64,000 nucleotides of DNA, taken from assembly GCA_964016885.1 (NCBI GenBank), contig OZ024742.1, positions 242,978,001 to 243,042,000 on the forward strand, in the 5' to 3' direction. This document shows, piece by piece, positions 27,778 through 42,156 of this stretch. How positions within the stretch are numbered: the stretch's first letter is position 1; every line of letters starts with the position of its first letter. Origin of the DNA: Eledone cirrhosa (Eukaryota). Made by a program: the position numbers and the translations under genes. The notes below the pieces were generated by a model. The model did no database searches. It worked only from the letters and a program-made list of their open reading frames with translations, and was not told where the DNA came from.

Positions 27778-28196
27778 GGAGGCTGCCAACTCGTTTTCGA
27801 GTACGGCCACTACTTTATATCCATGTAGGAGAACCCCTACCGATGTGCTGAACAAGTGTGACTTTTTAGTCCAGCCAGCGACTTGAAAACTCTGGTACAA
27901 AGACTACACTTGTGACAATTACTGACACATAGTGCTGGGCCCATGGTACCATATGACGACAAGTGCAGAGAGATCTCCAGATATAAAGCAATGCCTGTGC
28001 CGTGAAGCTTTTATAGTGAGCAAACGCACTACACAAAGCCAGTCCCACTCTCTTAACCAAGATGATATTTACCAAAAAGAAGAACAAGTCAACATCATTG
28101 GATACCATCAGGGTTGCAGGTGTTATATCAGAGTTTTCCTTCTCCTAGAATTCTGCCTTGACAAAGGCTAAGGGGTCATCTCTCCCGGGAGAGATG
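27778..28196 (-). mobile_element. Second copy of the 8372-8768 retroposon, 12 bp TSD, terminal palindrome
   Basis: TSD acatacatatat at 27766-27777 and 28197-28208. Palindrome gtcatctctccc-gggagagatgac at 28175-28198. Confidence 0.8.
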
Positions 28197-28880
28197 ACAT
28201 ACATATATACATATATATATACATACATATATATATATACATACATATATATATATACATACATATATATATATATATATACATACATATATATATATAT
28301 ATACATACATATATATATATGCATATATACAAATATAGATTCAGCGAGAACCGCATTTCGGCGGGTAGGAAAGGCGAAACGAAACGCAAAAGTCAGATAT
28401 ATATACATGAATGCATATATATATATATATATACACATACATACATATATGTAAACACATTCCAAAAATATATCGCTTTATACATCTTTTATCATCAATT
28501 CATACGTAAAGGCAAAAATATCACGCGCCTGAATTGTAAACAGTATAAGTACTTAGTAAATATTTATTTCATCAAAGTTCAACACAAGAATTTGAGGAAA
28601 CTGGTAATGTTCGGCGTCGACAAAAATTAGTTTAATAGAATTTAAATAACAGAGATGGTGCCTGTCTTAACTTTAGAATATTCCCTTTAGTACACGACAA
28701 CTTCACATTATCAATTTACTTATCTATTTTTTGTAAGATATGTTTAGAGAACTACGTTTGAGCATTTTTAATTGGGTTTTTCTTTATGCATGCTTGTACA
28801 AACTTGAGTGAAGATTTTATTTGTATTTATTTCACTTTTGTTAAAAATGTGATGGAACATATTAATTTCATTAGAATCTG

Positions 28881-28940
<60 letters not shown>

Positions 28941-28986
28941 CATATATATATACATATATATATATATATACATATATATATTTATA

Positions 28987-29250
<264 letters not shown>

Positions 29251-29253
29251 ATA

Positions 29254-29872
29254 CTATCAGTGGTACCCGGCGTTGCACGGGATAAGGTATTTTGGAACGC
29301 GGGCCGCCAACAGACCTAATCGTGGAAAAACTGCATGCCTGGACAATATGTAAAGAAAATAAACCGAATACTTTAATGGCTGGATAATCTTTAAGATTTC
29401 CCCGATGAAGCAGGAAAAATGCAGGTTTTCACCTAATGCCGGCCTTAGGGATAAAGAAAATGAATTTTTTTTATGTGCATAATATGCCTTGAAATTTCGG
29501 CAAAATCGGCTAGACGTAACGCCTAAAAAAAGCTATAAAAAGCTGAAAAAATGAAGTTTTTCACCTAATGCTGGCCCTAAAAAAGTTGGATTTTCTTTGC
29601 TCACGGTATGAAGAAGAGACTGACTAATACATAGTTACAATTTCAAGGAAATTGGTCTGACGTAACGCCTCAAAAAAACCTAAAAACCTGAAAAACGCAG
29701 TTTTTCACCTAATGCGGGCCCTAGGGATCAAAAAGTTGATTTGTATGTGCATAACACTCCCTGAAACATAAGTAATACACATGTAAAGTTTGAAAAAAAT
29801 CGGTTGGGTACTTCTCGAGTTTTAGGGATTGAAACTCACAGACACACACATCCTCAGTTTTATATATAAAGA
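29254..29872 (-). mobile_element. Non-autonomous Helitron
   Basis: Minus strand starts TC and ends with hairpin CCCGTGCAACGCCGGG plus (C>A)TAG. Internal subrepeats ttttcacctaatgc. Homologous to 43474-44321. Confidence 0.8.
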
Positions 29873-29880
29873 TATATATA

Positions 29881-29991
<111 letters not shown>

Positions 29992-30022
29992 ACGAGTATA
30001 TATATATAATATATATATATAT

Positions 30023-30084
<62 letters not shown>

Positions 30085-30087
<3 letters not shown>

Positions 30088-30280
30088 CTAAGGAATTGTG
30101 GTAAGGAACCAGATGGACCATAACGCACCAGAATACTCAATATTTAGGGTAGTAGAGTGGGAAATAGGAAAAAGTATGACCCCGACGGCAGAGCTCAAGC
30201 TGTCTCGACGGCTATTTCTGGTCCCGAAATAGCCGTCGAAACGGCTTGAGCTTTGCCGTTGGGGTCATACTTTTTCCTAT
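30085..30280. repeat. Family D fold-back repeat copy
   Basis: taggaaaaagtatgaccccgacggcagagctcaagc...gacggctatttc-tggtccc-gaaatagccgtcgaaacggcttgagctttgccgttggggtcatactttttccta. Confidence 0.85.
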
Positions 30281-30451
30281 ATATATATATGTATATATAT
30301 ATATATGTATATGTATATGTATATGTATATATATATATGTGTATATATATATGTATATGTATGTATATATATATATGTGTATATATATATATATATGTAT
30401 ATGTATGTATGTATATATATATATGTGTATATATATATATGTATATGTATG

Positions 30452-30538
<87 letters not shown>

Positions 30539-31012
30539 GCATATATATATGTATATATATATATAAATATATATATATAATATACATATATATATATAAT
30601 ATATATACATATATATAATATATATACATATATATAATATATATACTTATATATATACATATATATAATATATATACATATATATATATACATATATATA
30701 ATATATATATATATGGTAAATTCCAATCTCATACAGTGCGTAAGCCATCAAGATGGCTGTCAACTTCTAGATTGTATGATACTTCCACTGTTCTATATCA
30801 ACAGAAATAGTAAACAATTAAGCATCCGGTGAGTTGCGACTGCGTGCAATTTTTAATTGGCGGTGATAGACATTTCACTTCATCTACATAGTTTAATGTA
30901 TTTATGGAGGAAATGAAAATTACGTAATCTCATTATAAATCGGAGTTTCGGTGTTAGGTATCCATAGGTCAGCCTTGATCAAGAAGTCCTATGATCAAAA
31001 GCATCACAACCG

Positions 31013-31800
31013 TTATCTTCTTCTTCTTCTTCTTCTTCTTCTTCTTCTTCTTCTTCTTCTTCTTCTTCTCCTCCTCCTCCTCCTCTTTCTTCTTCTTCTT
31101 TGCCAACTATTCCTGGAAGTTTCATTGGGGTGGAGTTTTCAGACATGCCTTCTAGGGACCTTGTCAGAAGCAACCGTCCCAATTGAGCCGACTGCATCAC
31201 CAACTATCTTGTTCAGGCTCTACCCCAGGGACTTCTGTCGGTTGGCTTTGCCGATAAAATCTGTCCAGCGATTCTTTCCTGGGACATTCTAATCACATGT
31301 CCATATGTTATAATGATGTGACACACCTATTTTGTATATCTGTACGAAACTAGGGTAAAACCAAAGGTATTCACCAGACGTAATTTCAAACTATAACGAG
31401 AGATTACAACGAGACTCCGTAAACACTTCAGTTCTTATTTACAGAGTTTCGCCTAGTCTACTTTTAGTTACGCGGGGGTATTCAAGGTTTTTTCCCCACA
31501 ACACAATATAATCTGAGCTCTGATTTCTCGATTCGGAGAAGTAGCGACTCTACTTGGAGCGCTTTCCTGACCTACGAGCTACACACCCTATTGAGTAACG
31601 TTACTCCAAAGACCCTTCGGATGAACCCCATTTCGGCCGCTTGTATTCGTGATCATATTCTTTCAGTCATTACCCAAGATTTATGACCATAAGTAAAGGT
31701 AAGCATGAACATTGAATAGAAGGTAGTGAGTTTGGCTTTTACACCTATCTCCCTTCTTCTGATGACCGAATACTGAAGCTCGTACATTGCTGCACCAGCT
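31013..31800 (-). mobile_element. Degraded 3' end of an RTE LINE with (AAG)n tail (two pieces, 31013-31305 and 31515-31800)
   Basis: (CTT)n tract followed by sequence antisense to the RTE remnant at 38697-39160. Confidence 0.7.
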
Positions 31801-32522
31801 CCAATCGTTTTATTTTTGTAGTTGTTTTTTCTTTGGCCATAATTTATTTCAGACTGTAATATCTAATGCGTTTTTTAAGTTTATTGTTATTGGGTATGAT
31901 ATGAGGGAGATTTAGCTGCTATATCTAGCAGGCTGATTATTTGTGCTCAGTAACTGAGTTGTTGATCAGTGTAGTTAAATGAACTATCGTGATTTAATCC
32001 CGAATAATTAGTAAGACTAATTTAGTTCATACGCACAAGATGGATTGTATCAAAAACGTAACATATATATGTGTAACAACTACAGAACTGCAATTAAAAT
32101 GAGTAGAGCAAGACGAACATTTAATTAGTGTTAAATGACATAATATCTTAAAAGCAATATCACTAAAATCTTTTCGCATTGCAATTGCTGTTATTTCCAA
32201 AACACGATAACATCCTTTACATGAAGCAATTAGATGTAAAACTAGTAGCATTATACACAGATCAAAATGAACGCAATACATCAAAATTACGCATTCCTAA
32301 TCAAATCAAAGGTTTTGTAATTAACATCATCATTTCAGAACGTCTCATTGCTATTCAACCTTGTAACCACAAGCCCACGAAGGGCTGTGTGTGGTCGTTC
32401 CAACTGCTAGAAATAACGCTCAAATCACTTTCAAAATACTCCATAAGATCTTTTAAAAAGAAGACACATTGAATAGTGTATTCTTAGATACAATTAAATT
32501 GGTGGAATTATCATGGCTATAA

Positions 32523-32765
32523 TCAGAGCTGCCCTGGACTGAACAACAATTTCTCTACTGTTGAAGAACTCCTTAGCTGCATGTGTGCCCCCCCCCCCCC
32601 CTCCTCACATCCACCGGACACGCCGGCTTCTAGTTGCACCGGGCTGAGCTCCTCTCTCAGTTCAGGTGTGATGGACCTGCAGACCACCTTGGCTGCCAGC
32701 CTCCGGAAGACATTGCCCACAGTGATGGGGCGTCTACAAATAAGTTGCTCGTTGGGCAGTCGTGG
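32523..32765 (-). mobile_element. CRE-like non-LTR RT fragment
   Basis: RPITVGNVFRRLAAK...ELSPVQL..GVSGGCE motif typical of the CRE-clade RT N-terminal region. Frameshift at a poly-C run. Confidence 0.75.
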
Positions 32766-33637
32766 TCGGAACACAATACTAAAATGTTGATAGCTTTGAA
32801 CTTTCTAAGCTCTCTCTTTGTTCTGTGTGTATATGTATGTGACAATACCGTTCTCATTATTGATTTCATTGATTATTAGCAAGATATTGAAGTGGGGATT
32901 AATTATTAGCAAGATATTGAAGTGGGGATTCGATCTGCTAGAAATACCAGTCAAATTTCCCTTAATTCATATCCTATTGCCTTCAAGAAAAGAATCACAC
33001 AGGATGGTCTCGGACAGAATTCCTTCTTTCATATGTCTCTTCGACAAGAGACGACTTAATGTTGAACATCAAGATTCTGAAAATATATATTTCGAAAATA
33101 GTATTAAAAGAGGAAACCGGAATTGGAAGACGAGATTCTAACAAGGCTTCTATTTTCAATAATGTTATGTTTATTGTGTGTTTCTCATTAAAATTCCCTT
33201 TCAACTGTCAGATAAACAAATTAGAAATGATTCCAGGTGTACTCCACGTGAAATTTCGTTTCTTCTCGTGTTTTTTCTCATCTCCATCTCTATTTTACTT
33301 CGACTTCCCGTGCGAATGAGATTAAGCTTACATTCAGCCAAAATCGCCTTCAACTAAAACAACATCGTCTTAAAAAGGACGACATTATACTATATCTTGC
33401 CTTTCATCCTTACGGGGTCGATAAAATAAAGTACCAGTAATACACTGGGTAATTGCTGGCCTTGTGCCAAAAGTAGAAACAATTATACTATATCTGAATA
33501 AAATACGGAATGGCCGAGTCTTAAATGCCTTTGATTGGTTTCGAAATGTAACTAAACAACAATTTCGATATCCAGTTTTCCAGATGGCGTGTATTATTTA
33601 CACGTGCATAGTTGGTTGTATTATTTAATTTTGTATT

Positions 33638-33845
33638 GGGTGAATTGGTAGAACGTCTGATCAAATTATTTGAAGTATTTAGTTACGGTGCTTTACGATC
33701 TGAGTTCAAACTTTGCCGAGGTCAACTTTAACTTTCATCATTCTGGGGTCGATGAAATAAAGTACCAGTAAAGGATTGGGTCCATGTAATCGACTTCCCT
33801 CTTCCTCTAAATTACTGGCTTTGTGCCTAAGTTAGAAATCATTAT
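33638..33845 (+). mobile_element. tRNA-derived SINE, family 1 (diverged; partial copy also at 33398-33485)
   Basis: ctgagttcaaa...ggggtcgatgaaataaagtaccagt...tgtgcctaagttagaaatcattatt. Confidence 0.7.
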
Positions 33846-34976
33846 TTAATTTCATTTTAGTTTGCACAAGAAAATGTTCCTTAATGTGCAGCCCTACATG
33901 AACATATGTAACATCAGTAGTAAGGCAATCTGTAAGATACGTCAGTTATACATTAAGATCAACCAGTATTGCTTAATACGAAACTTTTATCACTTTTCAT
34001 GATCATCAAAAAATGTCGTGAGCCCGTAGCTCGATAACTTAGATTTCATGAAAAATTATAATTATTCATGGCTTATCATTTTCAAACTAACTGCATATTT
34101 CTCTTCTCTTTATAGCCACATTTAAACTCTGAATAAAATATAATTTTTTCAGTTATTTGTTCCGTTTTATTCCGGCTACAAATGTTATAAGTAAAAAGTA
34201 TGAATGACACAACCCATTCTCTTTCCTAAAACAACATATTAGAGACTTCTTGCTCTTTTTCGATACCAGAATGTCCTCAGCAGCAATCTAAGCAGTGTGG
34301 GTTGTAAATAGCATATGAAGGAGTAATTCGGAATGTTAGCAATGCAGCAAACAACATATTTAATCACCCCTCACTCTCCACCAGAAAGAAAACTGCGTCA
34401 TTTTGCAACACCCATCCTGTCATGAACTCATGTCTATCAATTTAGAAGCTGCAGTAAGTTAAAGAAAATATAAACTGCAATATAAATGAAAATATAAACT
34501 GGCCATCTCAGTTTTCGTCTTAAGGCAGAGTTTTTTGGGGCTGTAGGTGCAACATTTTGTTATATAAAACAAAAAAATAATAATAAAATAAAAATAATAA
34601 ACAGAAAAGTAAACCTAACGTTATCTCAAATTTACTTTTAAATTATTTTTATTACTCTGCCGGAGGAGATGAGCTTCGATCTACAAGCAGGAGTACTGGG
34701 ATGAAAGAAATGGAGTTAACGGAAGTGTAACATTAATAATGTAACGTAAATTACGTTTCCTTTGAAGTTGTTTGGAATGGTGAGAACACGCACAAGCAAT
34801 TCATTCGAGAGAGATGTAGGGAATTTTGATTAAAAAATTTCTATTTTCAAGTGATGATAACAATCCGTTATAAGAAATTGTTTGCCTAAAGTCAATTTTG
34901 AGTAATGTTGTTTAAACTAAATTGAGCGTGATCGTAAATGTCTTTGATCAAAGACTGTCCAGCAATGATCATACTG

Positions 34977-35460
34977 TCTTCTTCTTCACCCACCTATTCC
35001 TAGGAGAGTCGTGGGTACATAGTCCTTCCAGCGGGACCTGTCAGAGCAATTGTCTCCAATTATTCGGCTGAATCACCAAGCTTGATCAGCCGAGCTCATG
35101 GATGTTATCCAGTCATCTTGCTCAGGATCTACCTCAGGTTGTTCTGCCGGCTGGTTTTGCTCATCTAATCTGTCCAGTGCTTCTTTCCTGAGACATTCTA
35201 ACCACATGTCTGTAGTATCGGAGAAGTAGCAGCTCTACCTGGAGCGATTCTATGCATTCTATCGAGTAATGTTATTCCAAAGACCTTTCGGAGGAACCCC
35301 ATTTCGGCCGCTTATATTCGTGATCGTATTCTTTACCCAAGATTCATGACTATAAGTAAGGGTTGGCACGAATACCGAATTGAAGATAGCAAGTTTGGCT
35401 TTAACACCTACCCCCTTCTTCTGGTGTCCGAATGCCGAATGCCGAACCTGGCGCATTACT
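34977..35460 (-). mobile_element. Degraded 3' end of an RTE LINE
   Basis: KAKLAIFNSVFVPTLTYSHESW motif. Antisense homolog of 38697-39160. Confidence 0.75.
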
Positions 35461-35774
35461 CTCTGGCTTAAAAGTGATAGAGTATTTAGAACTAATTCCA
35501 GCAGGTCGTGAAACTTTGTGGAGGCTCTTTTGTTGGTTTTTCAAAGCGCAATCTAAAATGGTGTTGGATACCATACAATAGAGCAAACCTCATTTGGTGG
35601 AAAACATTCAGTTTCGATTTCTGGTTAGAACTACTTTTCTATATTTACGTCACTCGTAAAAACTCCTTGTGGAGTCGAAGAGTCACCGCTAAACGGCGTG
35701 TCTAGGGCACTTTTAAACCTGGCGGAGCCAAACCTTCTCCAGGTCTGAACAAAGCCGATTTTTTCTATAGAGGA

Positions 35775-36200
35775 AGAATCGACCCCAGCACTGGACTGAT
35801 ACTTTTTTATCTACCTCGAAAGGATGAAAGGCAAAGTTGACTCCGGTGGGATTTGAACTCAGAGAGCGTAATGAGGTGAGACGAATACCGTAAAGTATTC
35901 TATCCGACATCTTTACGACTCCAATTCGCCGCATACCTTTGATAAAAACATAAAAAATCACACATCATTATTTCTCCTCTTTACCTGTGGATTGGCAGAA
36001 TCGGTAGAGCGTCGGACAAAATGCTTTGCAGTATTTAGTTATGGCCCTTTACGTTCTGAGTTCAAATCCTGCCGAGGTTAGCTTTGCCTTTCAACCTTAC
36101 GAAGTCGATAAAATAAAGTACCAGTAACGCACTGGGGTCGATTTAGTCGACCCCCCCCCCCTTCAAATTTCTAGCCTTGTGCCAAATGTAAAAACAGTTA
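35775..36200. mobile_element. Two family 1 SINEs in opposite orientation (35775-35930 on -, 35987-36200 on +)
   Basis: Family 1 core in both orientations. Confidence 0.75.
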
Positions 36201-38124
36201 CTTATCCTCTTTATAAATATGTCTTACATAACTCGGGTTTAATCATGGATCATTGTTTGGCGTTTTATTGCTGGATGTGCCGATAGTGAATAAGGCATAT
36301 TCGTCGAAAACATATTGGGCGACATATTCATTGAAAAATTTAGAAAACTCTACTAATTAAAAAACAACTTATTGTCATTTTAAAGTGATAACAAGTTATA
36401 AAATGAAATACGTTTTCAATTCATTTCCTGGTCATCTGCGACTAGGGGTAGTTGAAAATGAATGTAATTATAAGAAAATATATGTAATACCAAAAGGGAA
36501 AATATGCTCAAATAATAAAAACAAATACCACGAAAGAATGGTTTAAGCAAGTCATATCAGTAAAGGAATGCAAGATAAGACACTTCGAAGAGTGAGCACA
36601 TCTTCCAGAAAATCAAGGCGTTTTAATCAAATACCAAATATGTTAAGATGCCTTAACAACAAAAATAGACATAATACTTGCAACATATCAAATATATTAG
36701 GAGACAATGCAGAAAGTGTTCAACCCAATTGAAAATCACTATGGATCGGCGTAAAGGATAAGAAAAGGGTAATAACACCGAAAGCATAGGCCACTACTAC
36801 TAGCAAGAAATTCAACAACTCGATGAATGATTCAAAGTCTCCATTTTAGGTACCCTCGTGAATCTGTGGTTTTGAGTAAATTAGTAATCAGATCAGTGAT
36901 CATCTGCATGGTTAGTAAAAGGAAAAACAATATCGATACCCAACGACAAAAATACCAGAGACCTCTCACTCAAAAGTCAAGACTTATAACTTGTTTGTCA
37001 GCAACATGCATATCGCTTTGTGTAAACATCATAATAAATATAGTTAACGACTTCACCAGCTGATGAATGCAATGGATATGATTTCATGATAACAAAGAGT
37101 TTAGTATATTAAAAGACTCAGTTGAGATAATGGTTGTGTGACATTTATACTTTTCACAAGAACATAACTGGCGTAAATAAAGGGAAGTAGCTTCAACTTG
37201 ATATCGAAACCGTGTCATGAACAAACATTGCCTTGCTTTATGATACTCTTTGCACCAACTGTTCTATGAAGTGAAAAGAGATCAATAACTACTTTCAAGT
37301 AACATTCATGCCCAGACCAGCACACGTTTGTACATATATTTACATCCTTTATATACATACGACTTTGAACTTCAATTTTGCTCTAGGTGATTCTAGTAAA
37401 ACCCGGCTTAATGTGAAAACATCAGTGATGTGAAACCGACATGGTAGAATGGCGTGTTACTTTGAACCTTAATGTTGGTTTTAATACTGGAAATTTTTTT
37501 ACTTGTTTGTTCGTTTTGGGGTTGATTTTATGTAGGGTGTGGAGGGGCTTTGTAAAATGCACCTTAATAAAAGGAAAACAGTGAAGGGAAACAGACATGA
37601 TAAAATGAACTCAAAGATAAGTGAGTTTCTTTGAACTGCAATTTCGATTAGGAATAGCAGTATGATGACTAATTGAACAATCAGCACGACAACAATAACA
37701 ATAACATAACTTCTAATATTGGCACTCAGTTACAAATTGATCTCAATATTAAACTGGTACTTTATCGTATCGCTCCTGGAATAATGAAAGCTAAAATCGA
37801 CTTTGACGGCATCTGAACTACATTAATACTAATATTAATGATTGCTTTTAAAGTACCAGTAATGCACTGGGGTCGATTTAATCGACTTTCCCTTCCCTCA
37901 AAATAGTTGGCCTTGTACCTAAATCAGAAACCAATATTAATTATTAATGATTGCTTTAACAACCACACCAATCTCAACAGCAAAGAATTATAGTAATGAC
38001 TTCTAGCTTGAGTACAGTATTACGTATTCTGTATGAAAGATGTAGTCGAGTATACTCATCCCATTACTTTAAGGTGTTGACCGCCAAAATGAACATCGGT
38101 GGAATTGGAATTCAGAACGTAAAT

Positions 38125-38417
38125 GTAACTAAACGCCACAGTACGTAACTAAACGCAACTAAACGTAACTAAACGCCACAGTACGTAACTAAACGCAACT
38201 AAACGTAACTAAACGCCACAGTACGTAACTAAACGCAACTAAACGTAACTAAACGCCACAGTACGTAACTAAACGCAACTAAACGTAACTAAACGCCACA
38301 GTACGTAACTAAACGCAACTAAACGTAACTAAACGCCACAGTACGTAACTAAACGCAACTAAACGTAACTAAACGCCACAGTACGTAACTAAACGCAACT
38401 AAACGTAACTAAACGCA
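38125..38417. repeat. Perfect 40 bp minisatellite (~7 copies) built from 10 bp subunits
   Basis: gtaactaaac-gccacagtac-gtaactaaac-gcaactaaac repeated without mismatch. Confidence 0.95.
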
Positions 38418-38689
38418 AAACTGTCGCTCAATTGTGTGGCCTGCAAACTTTGTGGGAAACCGTGCTGTCTCAAAAAAGCTAAAAAATATTGAAAGATGAA
38501 ATCCTTGGTAGGAATTCAACACAAAACGTAAGGGACACAAGTAAGACGTTTTGTTCAGTGTTCCATAATACAAAAATCCTAAAATAACAAAATATTTTTT
38601 TTACACAAGTACAGGATCAATTGCAAAAGCTATTGAGTAATGTACCAGCTTCAGCATTCAGTCAGTAATCAGAAGTAGGTAGGTAGGCG

Positions 38690-39162
38690 TAAAAGCCAAA
38701 TTCGCTATCTTCAATTCGGTTTTCGTGCCAACCCTTACCTATGGTCATGAATTTTGGATAATGACCGAAAGAATACGATCGCGAATACAAGCGGCCGAAA
38801 TGAGATTCCTCCAAAGGGTCTTTAAAGTAACGTTACTCGATAAAGTGCGAAGCTCGTAGATCAGAGAGTCACTCTGAATTGAGACACCACTGCTCCAATA
38901 CTATGGGCATATGGTTAGAATGTCTCAGGAAAAAAATCGCTGGACCGATTTTACAGGCGAAACCAACAGGTAGGAGACCCAGGGGTAGACCCCGAGCAAG
39001 ATGGTTGGGTTACATCCATGAGCTTGGTTGATCACGCTTGGGGATCCAGTTGAATCAGTTGAAGACGGTTGCTTTTGACAGGACCCGCTGGGGGGAGTGT
39101 TTGAGGACTCTGCCCCTACGACCTTCCCAGGAATGATTGGGCGAAGAAGAAGAGAAGAAGAG
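38690..39162 (+). mobile_element. 3' end of an RTE LINE with (AAG)n tail
   Basis: Reads KAKFAIFNSVFVPTLTYGHEFWIMTERIRSRIQAAEMRFL and later YYGHMVRM, GRRPRGRP. Ends gaagaagaagagaagaag. Confidence 0.8.
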
Positions 39163-39338
39163 TCACAAATTTAAAGCTATGACTATAATTGAATAAAATA
39201 ATTACTTATTTCATTGATTCCGGTGGAAGAACGAAAGACGAAGATCAAAGTTATTCAATGTCTCCTTTTTTTAAAGAAATTAAGGTGTGCTTGGGGTAAT
39301 ATTGCCTATTTTCACTAGCAGATCGAACTATCACATAC

Positions 39339-39516
39339 TTGTTTCTACTTTAGGCACAAGGCCAGCAATTACCCAGTGCATTACTGGTACTTTATTTTAT
39401 CGACCCCGTAAGGATGAAAGGCAAAGTCAACCTCGGCGGGATTTGAACTCAGATCGTAAAGGGACGTAACTATGCTGGAAAGCATGGCGTCCGACCCTCT
39501 ACCGATAGTGCCAATC
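39339..39516 (-). mobile_element. tRNA-derived SINE, family 1
   Basis: Near-identical to 17390-17571. Confidence 0.85.
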
Positions 39517-40721
39517 ACATACTATCATACAGTTCCTCATTAGCCAGTATAGTTATTCTTGTTGTGGAAGGCGGTTGGTTGGCATGTGCTTGGGATGTTC
39601 ATCCCTTTCTTCTGTGACTTTAGTCACACCAACATTTCGGATTTCGAATATTGGATGACTTATTTTGCTTGCCTTCTCTTTGGTACTCCGTCGCTTGATG
39701 AGAGATCATGGTGAAGATGAAATAGGCACGTTCATGCATGAACGTGTATGTATGTGTTTGATGATATTTTACCCCACAGAAGTCCCATGCTAGCAGACCT
39801 TTTATCAAAGGCGTTCAACTCGTGACCAGTATGTGTATTGTAGCTAACACATTATCCAATATAGACTTAGATATCAATATTTTAGATAGGTTTGTATAAT
39901 TTGAATGAGATTTGACTGTTGTTTCTAGAATGTCGAGCAGCAACATTGAGTACCCCCACTTGAGCGCACGCATTTGTGTTAATTTCAGCGTTGTTTTACA
40001 GAGCAAGAGCACTTCTGAACTTCTGCTGCGTGATGGTGCCGTGATGAAGTTGTGGTCCCTACTGAAGTACTTGTTAGTGTTGCTGTTGATATCAAAGGAC
40101 ATTACCAATTCCTACACTTCACGATTATTCAGAAAATTAGAAAACTGTTGCAGTTACCACAGCTGTAACACAGAGAGATGGCGAGGGCGAGAGAGATGGA
40201 GGTGATGACAGTGAGAGTTCGGCTGGTGTGCGGCGTCAGTTGTCCGCAAGGAGGTAAAAGTGGCATGATTTTCCTCGTCCTTTCGTTGTTTGGCTCATAT
40301 ATAATTGCCCGTGAGTTTAAAGCCTTTCAATTTCCGTTCTCTGCACTTTTAACCTTTCTGTTTCTCTTTCATTTGAAAACATCTTCACATACAGTCTGTA
40401 GTTAACAATTTGGTTTCATTGATGTGTTATGATTGTCTTAGTATACACAGTTCATTTAAAGTTGTAACACTGTTTTTTTTTCTTTTCATTTTTAGCACTT
40501 TACAGCTAAGTCATATTCCAAACAGATGCTTTTCTTATTTAAGTGAGGAGGATGTACTAATTGGGAGAGTCGGGTGGTATTTTTAGCAGGTCGAACTACG
40601 ACATGGAGGTTTCTTTATTGATTCGTCTGTTGATGTTGATGTTGATGCTTGGGGCGATGGTGGCTGTGGTAAGGGTAGAGATGGCATTGTTGCTGTTTCT
40701 GTTACCGTTGTTGTTTACTCC

Positions 40722-40945
40722 AATAATAATGATTTCTAGTATAGGCATAAGGCCAGTAATTTTGGGGGAGGGTAAGTCGATTAAATCAACTCCAGCGCGT
40801 GACTGGTACTTTATTTTATCGACCCCGTAACGATGAAAGGCAAAGTTAACCTCGGCGGGATTTGAACTCAGATTATAAAGGGCCGTAACTCTATTCTGCA
40901 AAGTAAGGCGCCCGACTCTCTACCGATACTGCCAATCCACCGCCC
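40722..40945 (-). mobile_element. tRNA-derived SINE, family 1 (full length)
   Basis: A-box tggcagtatcgg, B-box gttcaaatcc and (ATT)n tail on the minus strand. Confidence 0.85.
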
Positions 40946-41960
40946 TCAGACCGTAAATAATAATAATATTAACTTTCTATATTTGGCACAAGACCAGCAA
41001 TTTGAAGGGAAAGAGAAAGTTAATCTTACAAAAAAGTAAAATTGTGAAAGTGACTTAGCTAGAAATACTGTTTTTAAAGTAGGAAATCACTTAACCCTGA
41101 TCCCCAAAAGGTTTATAAAGAAATATAAAAAACAACAAAGGAAGGAAGTAATAAAATGTGAATGATAGATCTTGCCATGGAACAACGGAAGGTTTTGCCA
41201 AATATTAAAAAAAAAATAATAAATCCAATGACAAAATAACATCAATAATGTCAAACTGTTATTGATGTCATCAAGGACATTCTGTAAGCCACGTTAGAAG
41301 AGCCAGCGAGATAATTTATTCAGCCGTTGTATTTGTTGTGAACGAAAGCGGCTATCATTTCAAGAAACATCCAAACCCACACCAACATAATTGGAAAATA
41401 TTATCATTAGAAGAGCGAAAAACACTGTTATTTATAAGGAAATTAAAAACAAATATTAGGTGAAGGGAAAAGAGATAAATACCACACCACAGAAATGATG
41501 ATAGTGATGCATTTATTACTATATCCATAAAGTTCCCGATTTTTTATGAAAGAGTAAATGAAAAGATGTGACGATTATGTATTTTTCTCTTTCATTTTGT
41601 TTGGTAAAATTAGGTGGTGGATTGTAGAAATGTTAGTGTGCTGTATAAAATGCTTTGTGATATTTAGTTACACCCGAGTTGAGTATTCTTTTCATGGCAA
41701 TAATTAGTCAGTAGGAAAGTTCAATAAGTTCGTTTTAAGTGGTATAGAGTCTAACGTTTTGAGGACTTGCCCTCCGTCTCTCAGTGTGTTAAGGTGAGGA
41801 AAGTGGTGTCGCCGTTCAGGCTGGAGACATGTATAAACTTCTTTCCATCCTCCTAAAGTCAATAAAGTATCGGTGAAGTACTAGTATTGTTTTAGTTGAC
41901 TGTGATTTACCCGAATTTTTGGATATTTGGTCAATGTTTGAAGCAATTATTATTGAAAAA

Positions 41961-42156
41961 GGCGGTGGATTGTCAGTATCGGTAAAGCATCAGACACGAT
42001 GCTTTGCAGCATAGAGCTATGGCCCTTTGTATTCTCAGTTCAAATCCCGCCGCGGTTAGTTTTGCCTTTCATCCTTACGGGGGTCGATAAAATAAAGCAC
42101 CAGTAATGCACCGGGTAATTGCTGGCCTTGTGCCAAAAGTAGAAACAATTATTATT
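41961..42156 (+). mobile_element. tRNA-derived SINE, family 1
   Basis: ggcggtggattgtcagtatcgg...gttcaaatcccgcc...agaaacaattattatt. Confidence 0.85.

Noticed and set aside
36430-37300. A-rich stretch that looks like a decayed transposon ORF
   Set aside because: No diagnostic protein motif could be read with confidence.
38125-38417. CRISPR-like array
   Set aside because: Units are identical with no unique spacers, the context is eukaryotic, and there are no cas genes.
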